Shown in pieces: positions 20,339 through 30,011 of a stretch of 64,000 nt of DNA. Within the stretch, counting starts at the first letter, position 1. The number at the start of each line of letters is the position of its first letter. The stretch covers positions 160,001 through 224,000 of the forward strand of contig OZ240215.1 in NCBI GenBank assembly GCA_965197585.1. The letters run 5' to 3'. The notes beneath the pieces were generated by a model, which saw nothing but the letters and a program-made list of their open reading frames with translations, was not told the DNA's origin and did no database searches. The position numbers and the translations under genes are program-made. The stretch comes from Dehalococcoidia bacterium. Lineage in GTDB: Bacteria; Chloroflexota; Dehalococcoidia; Plut-88900.

Positions 20339-20584
20339 ATGTTACTATGTGTGTGCAAAGGCATAAGGGTCTCTGAGGCAGTCGATGCGGCCAGATCGGG
20401 CAACAGGTCACCTGCGTCATTAATCAACAGGTTTGGGCTCGAAGACGATGATTGTTGCGGCAGGTGTGCGAGTGACATCGTCCGGCTGACCAGCCTTGTG
20501 AACGGGGAACTCGCCAGAGCAGATGCGAGGCACAGCTCCGTCCAGTATAATAGCCCCAGGGTACCTGCTACCGTCTCGATCTAG
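20339..20584 (+). CDS. bfd: Bacterioferritin-associated (2Fe-2S) ferredoxin
   Basis: MLLCVC...CCGRC pattern directly upstream of bfr. Confidence 0.8.
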   Translation: MLLCVCKGIRVSEAVDAARSGNRSPASLINRFGLEDDDCCGRCASDIVRLTSLVNGELARADARHSSVQYNSPRVPATVSI

Positions 20585-20599
20585 TAGAGGAAGGCACAT

Positions 20600-21076
20600 T
20601 TGAGGGCTAAAGAAGGCGTAGTTGAACGCCTGAATAACATACTGACGATTGACCTGACGGCCATAAACCAGTACTTCATCCATTCGGAGATGTGCAAGAA
20701 CTGGGGTTTTAACCGGATGGCCCACAGCCTCCGGTCCAACAGCTTCGAGGAGATGAAGGATGCCCAGAACCTGATCCAACACGTCCTCTATCTGGAGGGA
20801 ATCCCTAACCTGCAAAGGCTCAATCAGGTAAAAGTTGGGGAGTCGGTCCTGGAGGACCTACAGCTGGATCTTCAGTCGGAGAAAGAGGCGGTTGAGATCC
20901 TAACGGAAGCGATCACACACTGCGTACGGGTGGAAGACTATACGACCCGAGGCCTGCTCGAAGGGATGGTGCGCTCAGAGGAAGAGCACATCGACTGGCT
21001 TGAGACCCAGTTGGAAACCATAAATACCATAGGACTGGAACTGTACCTCAACCAGCAGATCCACGAAGACGACTGA
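20600..21076 (+). CDS. bfr: Bacterioferritin
   Basis: LTAINQYF.H, EEMK.A, LEG.PN.Q, EEEHIDWLETQL; 158 aa. Confidence 0.93.
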   Translation: MRAKEGVVERLNNILTIDLTAINQYFIHSEMCKNWGFNRMAHSLRSNSFEEMKDAQNLIQHVLYLEGIPNLQRLNQVKVGESVLEDLQLDLQSEKEAVEILTEAITHCVRVEDYTTRGLLEGMVRSEEEHIDWLETQLETINTIGLELYLNQQIHEDD

Positions 21077-21119
21077 CAAGCCTGCCCCAACATTAGTGTC
21101 ACAATCTTAGGTTACCGTT

Positions 21120-21155
21120 AGCGCTCGAGCCATTGTTGCTCGGGCGCTGGTTTTT
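21120..21155 (+). terminator. Rho-independent terminator after bfr
   Basis: AGCGCTCGAGC-cattgtt-GCTCGGGCGCT stem (one G-U pair) followed by GGTTTTT. Confidence 0.6.
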
Positions 21156-22162
21156 GGCCTCTACTCACCCAGTTTACTGAGAAACTCGGCATTTATCCTC
21201 TTTACATCTTTACGGAACCGGCAAAGAGGATTCGTATGGGAAAACCCAAAATCACTGTGGAAAACGTGCGTAGCAACGTGGAACGCACCGGAGGGGACCC
21301 TGCTATAAGCCAGTACGTCTGATTTATTGGTCCTGGTTGGCTTATTGAATGGAAGAGGGTTTAGCGTGTGACTCGGGCTCCCTTGATATTCTGCGAAATC
21401 AACCATAAACATTCGCTAGAAAACAAGACCTATACAATTCCAGTCGAAGCTGGACAGAACCGACGCAGCGTTCACAGCGCAAGTCTATACCTAAGTAAAA
21501 GAGTTCTCGATTTTGTCAAGTTTGTTGGCCCCAACCGCATAAATGACAGAACCTTTTCGGTGAGGTTCAGGATAGGCCTTCAGTGGTCGGAGCATATATT
21601 CCGCCAAGTGAGTCGAATCCACGTTGGTGGACTATATGATCCCGTACTGTGGGTGTTGTCCTTGAATGTGTCGCTCTGGGTGGACACGCCAGACTCTTTA
21701 GATTGTTCGGCATGCCTGAGGCTTCACCTTCTCAGTCCTTGAGTTCATTGGACTTCTGGACCGCCATCCCCCCGCAGTCCCGAGGCATCACACCAATTGC
21801 GAGGTCAAATCGGATATTCTATAGATCTGCACGATTGGCCTGCAATGTCCACCTGGGCCTGTCGGATAGATTCGATCAATCCTAGGTATCAGGCTCTGGT
21901 TAATGGCATCAACCGGAAGAGACGCTTACGCCCCCTCTACCCTGTAACCTTTCCATAACTATCCATATATCCGGACTCGCACCCCATCCCGAGGCTTGAG
22001 TGATACTGCCTAGTCTTTGAGACTACTCGTACCCTTAATGGTCTTTTCATCCCCCACAACGAACGCGGAGGACCTCGCCACTTTTGCACGCCTCTTCCAT
22101 CTCGGGGTGCTATATCCCCGTAATTGCCCTCGAACGACTTAAATTTGTTGGGCAATTAACTG

Positions 22163-22311
22163 TTGACACTTAACAAAAGTTAGTCTAATCTGCCTTCCGC
22201 GATTAGGTTAGGCCACCCTAAATATTGTTATGTGTAAGCCAGAATATATGGGTTAGTCTTACCTAGCTGTGGCACTTGTCACGATATAGTTCATTAGAGT
22301 GGCAATCCTAA
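22163..22311 (+). promoter_or_regulatory. sigma70 promoter with an array of DtxR/IdeR-like iron-repressor operators
   Basis: TTGACA(22163)-17 bp-TAATCT(22186). Matches to TTAGGTTAGGCTAACCTAA: 22203-22221 (17/19), 22248-22266 (14/19), 22175-22193 (12/19, over the -10), 22293-22311 (11/19). Confidence 0.7.
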
Positions 22312-22685
22312 GCTAATATAGGATCCTCAACAATGTCGGCTTGAGAAACGGTAACTAATGCCCCCCACTCACTTGCCAATTACTCTCTTGGCTATACTCG
22401 CAGATTTGCGCTACGTCAGCTGCAGATCCGATCCACCTCCAACTTCTCCCTCACCGACCACCGCCCCGCCTCTCCCCACTCCAACCAAACCCTTGAATTC
22501 CGCTACCACAGAGGCTCTCGCTCAGAATCCAACCTCTAGCCCTGTTCCCGCATTTCGGTTTGCATGAAATTCGGCTTGCTCCCACATTATGGAGGCGAAG
22601 ATGTAATTGTAGGCGCGAAGCAAGACCAACGAAAGGTGTCCTTGAAGGAGTCCCGGATATACAAAAGAAGATTAGGAGGAAAAGT

Positions 22686-23837
22686 ATGCTCAGAATGGCA
22701 TTAGTGTTGCTGGTCATATCCGCCTTGGCCTTCGCCATGGCCTGCGGCGGGGGCGGAGCCAGCGACGACCTTAAGACCCAGGTAGTCGACAATTATGCCG
22801 CGGGTGCCCACGCGTCTTATGCCCGAAGCCTCGCTTCCGCAAGAGCGATGGATTCCGCCATTGATAGCTTCCTAGCTGCCCCGTCCCAGCACCGTCTGGA
22901 TGCCGCCAAGTACGCCTGGCTACTGGGCCGCGACGACTACGGAGTCACCGAGATTTACCGCTTCTACGATGGCCCAATCGACAACGAAGAGGACGGCCCT
23001 GAGGGCCTCATCAATGCCTGGCCTCTGGACGAGTCCTACATAGACTACGTCGAAGGCGCCCCGAGCGCCGGCATCATAAACAACCCCGAGGAATTCCCGA
23101 CCATCGACGCTGATTTGCTGGTATCTCTTAACGAGGTAGGCGGTGAAGAGAACGTCTCTACCGGTTGGCACGCCATCGAGTTCCTGCTGTGGGGTCAGGA
23201 CCTCAACGCCGACGGCCCCGGCTACCGCCCGGTTGAAGACTACACGGTCAATGAGAACGCAGACCGCAGGGCTGCCTACCTTCGCGTGGCTTCAGACGTC
23301 CTGCTGGGCCACATGCAGGACATGGTCGACGCCTGGGCCCCGGGCGAGGGCAACTACCGCGCGCAGTTCGTGTCCAAGGACTCCGACGAGGCTATAACGG
23401 ACATAATCACCGGTATCGGAGAGATGAGCCGGGGTGAACTTGCGGGCGAGCGCATGACCGTAGCTTACGAGGAGAGGTCGCAGGAAGATGAGCATTCCTG
23501 CTTCTCCGACAATACCACCGCCGACATCATTGCCAACGCAGTCGGCGTCCAGCGGGTCTACTTCGGAGACTACGGCGACGTTAGCGGCCCCGGCATCATG
23601 GACCTGATCGCCGCCGAGGACGAGGCTCTCGCCGAGACCCTGGCAAACGAGATCAACCGTTCCGTCGCATTGGCAAGGTCTATTCCTATTCCTTTCGACA
23701 GACACCTTGCCGAGGGCCTCGCGGACTCCGACCAGGGGCGCAAGGCGGTGCTTGCAACAATTGAAGCTCTGGAAGACCAGACCGATACGATTGTCCAGGC
23801 AGCCGAGAACGTTGGCATTACCATCAGCGTAAGCTGA
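22686..23837 (+). CDS. Imelysin-family iron-regulated lipoprotein (IrpA/LruB-like)
   Basis: AGGAGG RBS + ATG 22686, lipobox AMAC, INAWPLDE..IDY, TGWHAIEFLLWGQD (GxHxxE), EDEHSCFSDNT. Confidence 0.9.
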   Translation: MLRMALVLLVISALAFAMACGGGGASDDLKTQVVDNYAAGAHASYARSLASARAMDSAIDSFLAAPSQHRLDAAKYAWLLGRDDYGVTEIYRFYDGPIDNEEDGPEGLINAWPLDESYIDYVEGAPSAGIINNPEEFPTIDADLLVSLNEVGGEENVSTGWHAIEFLLWGQDLNADGPGYRPVEDYTVNENADRRAAYLRVASDVLLGHMQDMVDAWAPGEGNYRAQFVSKDSDEAITDIITGIGEMSRGELAGERMTVAYEERSQEDEHSCFSDNTTADIIANAVGVQRVYFGDYGDVSGPGIMDLIAAEDEALAETLANEINRSVALARSIPIPFDRHLAEGLADSDQGRKAVLATIEALEDQTDTIVQAAENVGITISVS

Positions 23838-23843
23838 TTTAGC

Positions 23844-25265
23844 ATGCACCATTCCGGGTTGGTGATTAGGTTGTGGTCACGGCCGCTGACAGCAGTGCTT
23901 CTCGTGGTCGTGATCACAACTGCCATCGCCTGTGGGCAGGATGAATCGGACGTTGATCTGGATGAGGTCTACAACGTCCTTCTCGGCGGAGAGACCACTG
24001 CCTTCAGTGCCGGTACGAACGCCTTCGAACTCTCCGCCCGAAACCTGACCAACGAGCTCCGACGCACCTTTGAAGTGGGCGACAGCTTCTTTAATCAGAA
24101 TTGGGTTGCCGCGCCCGCAAGCACCGTGGCCCGGGACGGTCTCGGCCCCACCCACAACGCCCTGTCCTGCTCCTCCTGCCACAGCCACGACGGTCGTGGC
24201 AAACCACCTGATGGCCCCGACGACCCGGAACGGGGCCTCCTCATCAGGCTGAGCATCCCGGGCCCCGACGGTCCCATAGACGATCCTGTATACGGAGGCC
24301 AGTTGCAGGACAGGGCTATTCTCCTCGTGCCACCCGAGGGTCGCGTGCTAATCACGTACGAAGAAATGCCGGGAACGTATCCGGACGGCACGGAATACAG
24401 CCTCAGACTTCCAGTCTATACTTTCGAGGGCCTTGCCTTCGGCCCATTGCATTCTGAGATCATGACCTCGCCGAGGGTGGCGCCCGCCGTCATAGGAATG
24501 GGGCTCCTGGAGGCCATCCCGGAAGAGGACATACTTGCGCTCTCTGATCCCGACGACGCCGATGAGGACGGCATTTCCGGACGCCCGAATAACGTTTGGG
24601 ACATCCGCCGCGGCGAGAAGGTGGTCGGCCGTTTCGGTTGGAAAGCGGGACAACCTACTGCAGAGCAGCAGGCTGCCGGTGCATTCTTGGGAGACATAGG
24701 AATAACTTCCACACTATTCCCAGACGATAACTGCCCGACTGTCCAAGAAGCATGTCTGGCTGCACCCGATGGCGGCGAACCGGAGATCCCCGACGAACGT
24801 CTGCAAAAGGTTGCAGTTTACCTCCAGACCCTGGCCGTTCCGGCCATGCGCAACACGGAGGATGAGACGGTTCAGCAGGGCGCCACGCTATTCGTACGCT
24901 CCCAGTGTGCCGCATGCCATACCACTCGCTACGAGACCGGAGATACGCACCCCGTCGAGCCGCTCCGCAGCCAGGTCATATTTCCCTTCACAGACCTCCT
25001 ATTGCACGACATGGGCTCCGGCCTAGCAGATAACCGGCCCGAGGCTGATGCAACCGGTAGCGAATGGCGTACACCCCCCCTGTGGGGTATCGGATTGGTC
25101 GAGACTGTAAACGGGCATACAATGTTTCTGCACGACGGCCGCGCCCGAAGCTTGGAAGAGGCCATCCTCTGGCACGACGGCGAGGCAGCCGGGTCCCGTG
25201 ACCTCTTCATGAGCCTGACCGCAGAAGAACGTGAAGCGCTCATCAAGTTCCTGGAGTCACTGTAA
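23844..25265 (+). CDS. Di-heme oxidoreductase (DHOR) family c-type cytochrome lipoprotein
   Basis: Lipobox AIAC, DGLGP.HNA.SCSSCH, GRFGWKA, CAACH, DLLLHDMG, WRTPPLWG, LHDGRARSLEEAILWH. Confidence 0.9.
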   Translation: MHHSGLVIRLWSRPLTAVLLVVVITTAIACGQDESDVDLDEVYNVLLGGETTAFSAGTNAFELSARNLTNELRRTFEVGDSFFNQNWVAAPASTVARDGLGPTHNALSCSSCHSHDGRGKPPDGPDDPERGLLIRLSIPGPDGPIDDPVYGGQLQDRAILLVPPEGRVLITYEEMPGTYPDGTEYSLRLPVYTFEGLAFGPLHSEIMTSPRVAPAVIGMGLLEAIPEEDILALSDPDDADEDGISGRPNNVWDIRRGEKVVGRFGWKAGQPTAEQQAAGAFLGDIGITSTLFPDDNCPTVQEACLAAPDGGEPEIPDERLQKVAVYLQTLAVPAMRNTEDETVQQGATLFVRSQCAACHTTRYETGDTHPVEPLRSQVIFPFTDLLLHDMGSGLADNRPEADATGSEWRTPPLWGIGLVETVNGHTMFLHDGRARSLEEAILWHDGEAAGSRDLFMSLTAEEREALIKFLESL

Positions 25266-26351
25266 GTGCGGTACAAACTGAGCAAGATATTCCCGGTATC
25301 GATTGTCATCGTCCTTCTAGTTGTGGCGTGCGGTTCGGGTGGCCCTTCCGACAAGGACGTGATGATAAGTCTCACGGATAACGTAGTGATTCCCGCCTAT
25401 GAAACAGTTGCTGAGGATGCTTCCCAGCTGGACCGAGACGTACAGACCCTGTGCGGTGCTCCAGATGATGGATCATTGCGGGCTGCCCGGGAGTCCTGGC
25501 GCAAAGCAGTAAGGTCCTGGAGTTACTCTGAGGCGATGTGGTTCGGGCCCGTAATGGACCGGCGGTCGCTGCGACTTCTCGACTGGTCCCCTACCGACAC
25601 CGCCGCTATCGATGAACTCCTCGCCAAAAGATCATCTATCTCCATTGATGAGGTCAGGGAGGTGCTGGCTTCCAACCAGCGCGGGTTCGGGGCTATCGAA
25701 TACGCATTATTCGACAACCTTGCCTTGCCGAATCTCAGCGGTTCCCCCATTTATTGTGCTTATCTAACTGCCCTGACCCTGGTTGTGCAACAGGAGACTG
25801 CAGCCATTCTTTCCGATTGGGCGACCGGGTCTGATCGCGCTCCATACAAGGACTACTTTACCGACCGCGCCGATATCACCCTTGTTCCCAGTGACGCCGT
25901 AGCAGAGGTAATTCGTACTCAAGTCTTTCTAATTCGCAGCATGGTGGACATGCGGTTGGCCTCGGCCCTGGGCCTCCGGGACACCTCCCCCGACCTGACG
26001 GCCATTCCCGGAAACGCCGCCGACAACGGTCTGCAAGACCTCCGCAACGAGATCCTCGGAATGCAGGCCGTATACGAGGGGGTGGGGCAGGATAAATTGG
26101 GTATTTCAGCCCTTGTTGCCCATCTATCCGAAGATACCGATACTCGGATGCGAGGCCAGTTCACCGCTGCCATTGAAGCTATAGACTCAGTGGAGGGCTC
26201 GCTTCGACAGACCCTCTCCAAAAACCCCACGCGTATCCGTGCTGTCTACGACCGCCTGTCCGATGTCCAGCGTACCATTTCCACTGAAGTAGTCAGCTTG
26301 CTTGGCGTCTCCGTCGGTGTCAGTGAATCCGACGGAGACAGCCTGCGCTAG
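25266..26351 (+). CDS. Second imelysin-family lipoprotein
   Basis: Lipobox VVAC, V.PAY..., AR..W, FGP, RGFGAIEYALF (His of GxHxxE replaced), C-terminal LGV..G.SESDGD. Confidence 0.8.
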   Translation: MRYKLSKIFPVSIVIVLLVVACGSGGPSDKDVMISLTDNVVIPAYETVAEDASQLDRDVQTLCGAPDDGSLRAARESWRKAVRSWSYSEAMWFGPVMDRRSLRLLDWSPTDTAAIDELLAKRSSISIDEVREVLASNQRGFGAIEYALFDNLALPNLSGSPIYCAYLTALTLVVQQETAAILSDWATGSDRAPYKDYFTDRADITLVPSDAVAEVIRTQVFLIRSMVDMRLASALGLRDTSPDLTAIPGNAADNGLQDLRNEILGMQAVYEGVGQDKLGISALVAHLSEDTDTRMRGQFTAAIEAIDSVEGSLRQTLSKNPTRIRAVYDRLSDVQRTISTEVVSLLGVSVGVSESDGDSLR

Positions 26352-26360
26352 AACGCCTCA

Positions 26361-27806
26361 ATGTCTTTCTTAGGCAGTGTCGGTGCGCACCATGTAGGCA
26401 CAGTACGCCCGAGGATTGGCGCCTGGGGCTTGGCCGACAAAGTGATCCGTGCCGGGTCTGAGCCCGTCTCCCCTGCATCGGCGGCCATCTTTCGTATCAT
26501 ACTCGGTGTTGTTGGTGTTTTTGCAGTCTTACGGATCGCCGCCAAAGGCTGGATCTCGGAACTGTACATAGAGCCTGCCCACCACTTTAGCTACTACGGT
26601 TTCGGCTGGATCCAACCTTGGCCCGGGTGGGGTATGTACCTCCACTTTGCCCTTCTCGGACTGGCGAGTCTCGGTGTGGCCCTGGGCTACCGCTACCGGC
26701 TGTCGATAACCGCTTTCTTCCTTCTCTTCACCTATATCGAGTTGATCGATAAGACCACTTACCTGAATCACTATTATTTCATTAGCCTGGCCAGTTTCAT
26801 CATGATTTTCTTGCCCCTTCATCGCGCCTTTTCTTTGGATGCCCGGATAGGGACGGAGAACGAAAGACCGTCGATTATCCCCGGGGCAACTCTCTGGATG
26901 CTCAGGGCGCAGGTCGGTGTAGTCTACTTCTTCGCGGGCGTTGCCAAGCTGAATCCCGATTGGCTTTTCCACGCCGAGCCCCTCGGTATCTGGCTTTACA
27001 ACAGCTCCGACACTGTACTTATCGGCCCGTTCCTCAGGGAGTCGTGGGTCGCCTATGGTATGAGTTGGGCCGGGGCCTTCTTTGACTTGACCGTAGTCGG
27101 CTGGCTCTTGTGGTCCAAGTCTCGTCCTTTCGCCTACGCTGTCCTCATATTATTCCACCTTTTGACGGCACTCATATTCCCTACCATTGGCGTATTCCCC
27201 TTGATAATGACCGGGTCTGCCTTAATTTTCTTCAGTCCTGACTGGCCTGTTCGATTGGTCAGACGTTTACGTTCTCTTCCGGATGAGCCAGGAACCCCCG
27301 GTCATCTCACAGCAACCGGCGCGCGGACAGTCTCCTGGCTGGCCCGAGCGGCCCTCCTCCTCGCTGTTGTCTTTTTCACAGTCCAGGTCGCCATTCCTCT
27401 GCGACATTTTGCTTACCCCGGCAACGTCCGATGGACCGAGGAGGGTTATCGCTTCTCTTGGAGGGTGCTCGTTACCGAAAAGACGGGGTTGGTCAAGTTC
27501 CGAGTTACCCCGGAGGGTGCTGGGGAAGAATGGTTCGTCTACCCGGAGCAATACTTGACGCCTCTTCAAGTCGAGCGGATGGCCTACCAGCCGGACATGA
27601 TACTGGCCACCGCCCACATCATTCGAGACGGCTACGGCTATAAGGGGTACGAAGGCGTTGAAGTCCGTGCCGACGCCTTCGTCACGTACAACAGACGTCC
27701 TTCAACCCGCCTGATAGATCCGAACGCCAATCTGGCCAGCGTAGAAGCAGGTATTGGGCCCAAGCGTTGGATTCTTCCCCCTCCAAACGGGCCGCCCCTA
27801 AACTAG
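26361..27806 (+). CDS. HTTM-domain protein (vitamin K-dependent gamma-carboxylase-like)
   Basis: FRI..G, HFSYYGFGW, LGYRYR, KTTYLNHYYF, VYFFAGVAKLNPDW, WTEEGYRFSWRV...EK, QPDMIL..AH, LIDP. Confidence 0.88.
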   Translation: MSFLGSVGAHHVGTVRPRIGAWGLADKVIRAGSEPVSPASAAIFRIILGVVGVFAVLRIAAKGWISELYIEPAHHFSYYGFGWIQPWPGWGMYLHFALLGLASLGVALGYRYRLSITAFFLLFTYIELIDKTTYLNHYYFISLASFIMIFLPLHRAFSLDARIGTENERPSIIPGATLWMLRAQVGVVYFFAGVAKLNPDWLFHAEPLGIWLYNSSDTVLIGPFLRESWVAYGMSWAGAFFDLTVVGWLLWSKSRPFAYAVLILFHLLTALIFPTIGVFPLIMTGSALIFFSPDWPVRLVRRLRSLPDEPGTPGHLTATGARTVSWLARAALLLAVVFFTVQVAIPLRHFAYPGNVRWTEEGYRFSWRVLVTEKTGLVKFRVTPEGAGEEWFVYPEQYLTPLQVERMAYQPDMILATAHIIRDGYGYKGYEGVEVRADAFVTYNRRPSTRLIDPNANLASVEAGIGPKRWILPPPNGPPLN

Positions 27807-27929
27807 TGTTCGGATATTCTGCCTCGGCTGACGAGGCTGCGCCCAAAGAGAAATGGCCAAGTCAGACTATCCTTCACTCTCTATCCAATAGCGCTCTTTG
27901 CCGCTCTCGATCGGAGCTGCCTGGCAAAT

Positions 27930-28511
27930 CTTCACGCCGGTTACGCAATAAGCACCAAACTCTGCACTACTCCTGGGCAACAGAACTGAACTCCCCTTCG
28001 GAGAGCTAGCTGACCGAGGGTTCACTTCTTAAGCCTTGGCGAATGCTAGTTCGAAGGTTGTAGGCATGCGGAGATACATACAGCATCTTTCTCTCAAAGA
28101 GAGGTGAGATTGAGAGGGGTAATCGCAGACTCACGCATGATCATATTGTAGGATAGGCCCTGCCAATTTAAGCTCGGAGGAATCCCATGGAAGCGTATTG
28201 TGTGAAGTGCCGGTCCAAGAGGGAGATGAGTAGCCAACAGGCCATTACGATGAAGAATGGGCGCCCGGCCACACGGGGTGTCTGCCCAGTCTGCTCCACA
28301 AGGATGTTCCGGATTGGCAAAACCGCATAGTCCAGCGGTCTGCAACTGACGAGATATATCCGCTTTAGCAGGGACCTCTTGCTACTATCTGAGCTACCGG
28401 TTGTCCTGCTCAGTCGGTTCTTGGTGGGTTTCGCACGACGTGGGAGGACAGGAGTTTGACTACAGGTCCAGCACGAACCTCAAGGAGAAGGTTATCCAAT
28501 TCGTCCAGTTG
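27930..28511. repeat. Long direct repeat, copy 1 (~580 bp)
   Basis: Aligns with 56880-57462. The 5' ~180 bp are visibly diverged and the 3' ~400 bp are near-identical. Confidence 0.92.
28187..28330 (+). CDS. DUF5679-type small CxxC...CxxC (zinc-ribbon) protein, 47 aa
   Basis: GGAGG RBS; MEAYCVKCRSKREMSSQQAITMKNGRPATRGVCPVCSTRMFRIGKTA. Below the ORF-track length cutoff. Confidence 0.8.
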   Translation: MEAYCVKCRSKREMSSQQAITMKNGRPATRGVCPVCSTRMFRIGKTA

Positions 28512-28524
28512 TTGGCCTCTTTGA

Positions 28525-28827
28525 TCACCGCTCACACACGACGCCATCCCCGTCCCTGGAGCTGGGAACCATCTCCTTAGGAAATCCCCTCCCTCCACCC
28601 TCACTCCCCTCCACTCTTGACTCGCCGGCATTCTCCGCTTCCTCGCACGACTCGTATACCCCGCCTTCGCTTTCAGGTTCCGGCTGCGGCCTGGGGACGC
28701 CCTCCGCTCTTGCTGCCTCTACCTCGACGGGTTTTTCGCAGGTGTCCAGCATCGCGATGAGCGCCTCCGCCTCCCCCTGGGTCAATAGTGCTTGTGTACT
28801 TGCGCTGTTTTTGGGAACAGGTTGCAT
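28525..28827 (-). pseudogene. 3' remnant of a protein ending in an Excalibur-like calcium-binding domain
   Basis: YESCEEAENAG...RDGDGVVCER pattern; no convincing start or signal peptide. Confidence 0.5.
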
Positions 28828-28973
28828 GGTGGCCGGTATATGGATGGGATAATGTCGATAAATTCAAAACACATCCCGTCAACTGCTGACCCGACCCATT
28901 GACACTCCCTCTCTCTCTTGGGAACCTTCTGCCGTGGGCAAATCAAGGGAGTTCTCAACCAGCGAAATGCCCC

Positions 28974-29456
28974 CTATCTCTGCTTGTCTTTGATGAACGA
29001 TGCACACCACTCAATCGCGTCTCCAGTCAATGTGGTGATAATAAGAATTGCTGGTATCGTGATAGCAAACAAACCGATAGCAGCAGCAGGCGCTAACAAT
29101 GGGAAAGGCTCCCCGTTAGTCTGGTCAAGAAGTAGATTCCATGTAGCCAATAAAGCTAATAACGCACCAGCAAGGCGTGTTAACCACGGCGCTATTCTGG
29201 TAAAGATTTGGGCGTTGCCATTTGGGAGCAGTTCGTAGAACAGTGCAACTGCGCCCCCAAATGCAAACATCACTCCCTTGACGCCATAGCTGTAATCGGC
29301 ATCCAGTCCGTCTCCGAATTGTAGCCTCAAGGCCATGACTATCCCGAGGAAAGAGACTAGGACTTTTACCATAGGCAACATCACGCTAGTCAGCCATCGG
29401 GTAGGTTGTTGTTGAGTCTGTTCTTCTGATTTTGCAAACTGTCCTGTCATGGTCAA
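28974..29456 (-). CDS. Hypothetical membrane protein (about 4 TM helices)
   Basis: 160-aa ORF with four hydrophobic segments and an AAGGA RBS. Confidence 0.55.
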   Translation of the reverse strand: MTMTGQFAKSEEQTQQQPTRWLTSVMLPMVKVLVSFLGIVMALRLQFGDGLDADYSYGVKGVMFAFGGAVALFYELLPNGNAQIFTRIAPWLTRLAGALLALLATWNLLLDQTNGEPFPLLAPAAAIGLFAITIPAILIITTLTGDAIEWCASFIKDKQR

Positions 29457-30011
29457 TTTCCTTGGGGTGGCTTTCCTTCCATCATATCCAAAGTTCGAAT
29501 TCGTTCTTAACCAGCGAAATTTCCCGTCCCCGTTTTCCCTGCCTTTCAGCCCCCAAACCCCCTTCTTTCACGCCTATACTTGACAGAACCATCATTATGC
29601 ACCTTCCTCAGCCCCACGGAGGCCATAGGACAACGCCGGTCCAGGGCATTAGAACGCGGGGTGCGGGCCGGAGTTCCACGGAATGAATAGAGGAAATAAG
29701 TCTACAAAGTCTCCCCTGAAAGAAAGCCTCAGCCCTACACACTAAGCACAAAACTCAGCGTGAAAGTTCTCTATTTTCCTCAGGGGTTTTGGGCCTAATT
29801 GGAGAGTAGCCAGTACCGCCTTCGAGGTGTGGTTCGCCTTGCCGGGCTAGCCACGTCTTGTAGCTGCCCGGTCGAGAGAACGTCCTGCCACAATGGCATG
29901 TGCCGGCGACAACTACGCCGTTGCTAGAACGAAAATCTCCGTCCCGGGCCCCGGGCCGTCCGCATTGCCGTTAAGCCAGTCGCCCAGTTTTAAGGATAAA
30001 GACCTGGTGCA

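Noticed and set aside
28094-28345. Minus-strand ORFs in both repeat copies (28094-28345, 57009-57296)
   Set aside because: Antisense to the DUF5679 gene, which has the RBS and the recognisable motif.
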